Source: Eubacteriales bacterium
Lineage (GTDB): Bacteria; Bacillota; Clostridia; Oscillospirales; CAG-272
NCBI GenBank assembly: GCA_045635225.1
Contig: JAZRBV010000024.1
Coordinates: 49,989-113,988 of the forward strand
Direction: 5' to 3'
Length of the DNA stretch: 64,000 nucleotides
Position numbers and translations under genes: made by a program. Of the stretch, positions 61,024 to 64,000 are shown piece after piece. Positions within the stretch are counted from its first letter, which is position 1. Every line of letters starts with the position of its first letter. The notes beneath the pieces were generated by a model. The model was given only the letters and a program-made list of their open reading frames with translations. It made no database searches and was not told the DNA's origin.

Positions 61024-62178
61024 TTAAACGACGTTTTCGAACACAGTGACACCGCTAGGAACAACTGTGATATTATTTGGGTCGGCGCCCATTCTGCCTA
61101 CGATTATACCCTCGTTTATGCGAGTATCAGCGTCTATTATTGAAGAATATATGCAAGCCCCGCTGGAAATATGGACGTTCTCCATAATCACCGAATCCAC
61201 GACGGTAGCACCCGACTCTACCGTAACGCCACAGGATATTACCGAATGGGTTACGTTACCGTTTATACGAGAGCCCTCTGCTATAAGCGAGTCGTTTATG
61301 ACGGCACCGCAACCTATGAGCTGTGGCGGTCTCGATACGTTGTTCGAATAAACGCGCATCTCGCGGCTCCTGATGTTAAGGGGTGGTTCATCACATAGCA
61401 GTTCCATATTTGCCTCCCATAACGAGCGTATGGTTCCCACGTCCCTCCAATAGCCCTCGAAGCGATATGCGTATATCGGTTCGCCGTTATTAAGGATATT
61501 CGGGATAACGTTTTTACCAAAGTCGTTTGAAGACTCCGCATCCGCCTCGTCTACGGTCAGATATTCAATGAGAGTATCTGTGTTGAAGATATAAATGCCC
61601 ATCGACGCCTGATCGTTCTTCGGTTTCCTCGGCTTTTCCTCGAATTCAGTTATAAAGCCATCGCGGTCGGTGTTGCATATGCCAAAGCGCGATGCTTCAT
61701 CAATAGGTACGGTGATCGTTGCTACCGTGCAAACCGCACCACGGCGCTTGTGCTCGTCCAGCATCCGACGGTAATCCATACGGTAAATATGATCTGCCGA
61801 GAGAATAAGAACGTACCTAGGAGAATAGCGCTTGATATAACCAATATTCTGATAGACAGCGTTTGCCGTTCCGCGATACCAATCCGACTGTCCACCGCGC
61901 TGATACGGCGGCAGGACGGTAAGCCCGCCGTTCATGCGGTCCAGATCCCACGGCGCACCGTTACACACATATTCGTTAAGAAGAAGCGGTCTGTACTGCG
62001 TCATAACGCCAACGGTATCGATGCCGGAATTTACGCAGTTGGAAAGCGGAAAATCAATAATCCTGTATTTGCCGCCAAAGGACACTGCGGGCTTGGCGAT
62101 TTTTTCTGTAAGATCGTAAAGACGGGAACCCTGACCACCGGCAAGCAACATTGCTATACATTCCTTCTTGTAATGCAT
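61024..62178 (-). CDS. glgC: Glucose-1-phosphate adenylyltransferase
   Basis: [45 protein letters not shown]; ATG after AGGAG. Confidence 0.95.
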   Translation of the reverse strand: MHYKKECIAMLLAGGQGSRLYDLTEKIAKPAVSFGGKYRIIDFPLSNCVNSGIDTVGVMTQYRPLLLNEYVCNGAPWDLDRMNGGLTVLPPYQRGGQSDWYRGTANAVYQNIGYIKRYSPRYVLILSADHIYRMDYRRMLDEHKRRGAVCTVATITVPIDEASRFGICNTDRDGFITEFEEKPRKPKNDQASMGIYIFNTDTLIEYLTVDEADAESSNDFGKNVIPNILNNGEPIYAYRFEGYWRDVGTIRSLWEANMELLCDEPPLNIRSREMRVYSNNVSRPPQLIGCGAVINDSLIAEGSRINGNVTHSVISCGVTVESGATVVDSVIMENVHISSGACIYSSIIDADTRINEGIIVGRMGADPNNITVVPSGVTVFENVV

Positions 62179-62186
62179 ATCCACTC

Positions 62187-64000
62187 CTATAATTTAAATT
62201 TTGACCGACCGTTGTCAACCGTCATTATAATTCCCGCGAATTTCGGGAGATATACGCGAGCAGAATATTCGCTTTCGGTTGCTATTATCGGTATTTCGCA
62301 GTTCTGTGTGAAGAGATTTCCCGTGTCAAAGATGCGTCTGTATACACCTGCACACCCCACGGGTACGCACAGCTCGATATCAGAGCCTGAAAAGTTAATT
62401 ATCACGTCGACGGCACTCCCATCACGAGATATACGTCGGTATGCCACGGCGTTTTTATCCCTTTCTTCGGGAAGCAGCCATTTGAATCCGCATGACTCGT
62501 GATCAATCTCCCAGAGTGCGGGCGTTCTCAGATAAAAGCTATTAAGCTCTGCCACATATTCGGCAAACCTCCGATGAGCTTCATAATCCAGCATAAACCA
62601 CTCGAGTGAGGAGGAAAAGTCCCATTCACGCATTTGTGCGTATTCCGTGCCCATGAACGTAAGCTTCTTGCCGGGAAACGTCATTATCATCATAAGAGCA
62701 GCTCTTGCCTGCTCCAGCTTACCATTAAAATCTCCGTACGGCTTATCCGCAAAGGAGCGCTTGCCGTGTACAACCTCATCATGTGAAACCGGCAAGCAAT
62801 ACCTCTCGTTAAAGGCGTACATGATCGGAAACGTCAGCGCTGTATGCTTATGACGTCTGAACACGGGATCCCAGGAGAGATAATCGTAAAAATCGTTTGC
62901 AAACCCCATATTCCACTTCAAATCAAAGCCGAGACCGCCTTTGCTAACCTCCTTGGTTATGGCACCGTAGCTTCCCGACTCCTCCGCTATCATCAGCACG
63001 TCAGGGTGATACTCCTTGACGACCGAATTGAGCTTTTTGAAAAATGCTACCGCCTCGGGATTTATATTAGTGCCATCGACACCGGGTATCCATTCACCGG
63101 GACGGCGATCGTAATCTAAATAAAGCATCGATGCCACAGCGTCAACTCTTATGCCGTCAAAGTGAAATTCTTCAAGATAATACAGGACATTTGAAACGAG
63201 GAAGCTCTGTACCTCCTCTCTGCCAAGGTCAAAAAATCGCGTCCCCCAAGTATCTGACTCCATGCGGTCGCGACCCTGATATTCGTATAGCGGCGCACCG
63301 TCGAGCTCATAAAGTCCCCAGGCGTCCTTTGGAAAATGAGCGCCGACCCAGTCGAGGATAACACCTAATCCCGATCGGTGTAAGGAGTTTACCAAAAGAC
63401 GCAGCCCGTCCGGATCTCCAAAGCGCATGCTGGGCGCAAAAAACGCACATGGCTGATACCCCCACGAGGCATCGTAGGGGTATTCGGCAAGCGGCAAAAA
63501 TTCAACGTGAGTATAACCCATACGCTTGAGGTATGGCGGCAGAATATCCGCATATTCACGATAGGTATAATACGAGTTATCACTGTGCCGCATAAAGCTT
63601 CCGAGGTGCATCTCGTATATGTTCATAGGATATGCGTGCTCTGCGTCACAGAACGTGCGCCGTCGATATTCGAGCCATTCACCGTCGGTAAAGTCGAAGT
63701 GGCTCGTGTAGATGACACTTCCGCCGTCGTCAAAACCGCGCGAGAAAACGGCGTAAGGGTCTCCCTTATCGAACACTCTATCTCCTCGAATTATTCGGTA
63801 TTTATACGCTTTACCGTCCAGAGAGTGATCATAAGTGAGTGTAGTCTCCCAAACTCCGTTATCGGTTATACGATCGAGCGGCAATGCATCGCCCCAGCCG
63901 CTAAAATCTGATATTAAGCCGACCGACGACGCGCCCGGTGCCCATACTCGGAATGTGTAGCTATATGAGCCGTCGTGCTCTAAAGCAGAGCATCCGAGAT
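62187..64000 (-). CDS. glgB: 1,4-alpha-glucan branching enzyme (5' end beyond the window)
   Basis: Frame stays open to the edge (TFRVWAPGA); [33 protein letters not shown]. Confidence 0.93.
   Translation of the reverse strand, partial: LGCSALEHDGSYSYTFRVWAPGASSVGLISDFSGWGDALPLDRITDNGVWETTLTYDHSLDGKAYKYRIIRGDRVFDKGDPYAVFSRGFDDGGSVIYTSHFDFTDGEWLEYRRRTFCDAEHAYPMNIYEMHLGSFMRHSDNSYYTYREYADILPPYLKRMGYTHVEFLPLAEYPYDASWGYQPCAFFAPSMRFGDPDGLRLLVNSLHRSGLGVILDWVGAHFPKDAWGLYELDGAPLYEYQGRDRMESDTWGTRFFDLGREEVQSFLVSNVLYYLEEFHFDGIRVDAVASMLYLDYDRRPGEWIPGVDGTNINPEAVAFFKKLNSVVKEYHPDVLMIAEESGSYGAITKEVSKGGLGFDLKWNMGFANDFYDYLSWDPVFRRHKHTALTFPIMYAFNERYCLPVSHDEVVHGKRSFADKPYGDFNGKLEQARAALMMIMTFPGKKLTFMGTEYAQMREWDFSSSLEWFMLDYEAHRRFAEYVAELNSFYLRTPALWEIDHESCGFKWLLPEERDKNAVAYRRISRDGSAVDVIINFSGSDIELCVPVGCAGVYRRIFDTGNLFTQNCEIPIIATESEYSARVYLPKFAGIIMTVDNGRSKFKL

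Overview
64 kb of core chromosome from a spore-forming Clostridia-class Firmicute (inferred from spoIIID, pdaA, dacF, a SleC-like enzyme, glgBCDAP, rplU-prp-rpmA and an ispH-rpsA fusion). It holds about 60 CDS and 3 tRNAs (Ser-GGA, Gly-TCC, Arg-ACG). I see no intact transposase, integrase, prophage, CRISPR array or rRNA. Content: 2-oxoacid dehydrogenase cluster, lysC, scattered sporulation genes, pgi, prs-rrf2-lgt-folD, rpiR-baiN-cmk/plsC-ispH/rpsA, galE, L21/L27, efp, glnS and a glycogen operon running off the right edge. Best leads: (1) a split SleC-type cortex-lytic locus, where the N-terminal pre-domain is its own gene and the enzyme starts near the mature N-terminus with no pro-peptide, followed by a PG-binding gene and a stand-alone ClpC; (2) a near-consensus sigma-A promoter firing antisense into spoIIID; (3) an internal promoter and RBS inside the ispH-rpsA fusion; (4) a tandem/inverted repeat of the tRNA-Ser 3' end with a hairpin insert; (5) an ABC-F ATPase with all degenerate motifs in one ATP site; (6) a 1.07 kb gene-free palindrome-rich region; (7) a 44-bp IS3-end-like relic. 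All family calls come from motif recognition by eye; no database searches were run.
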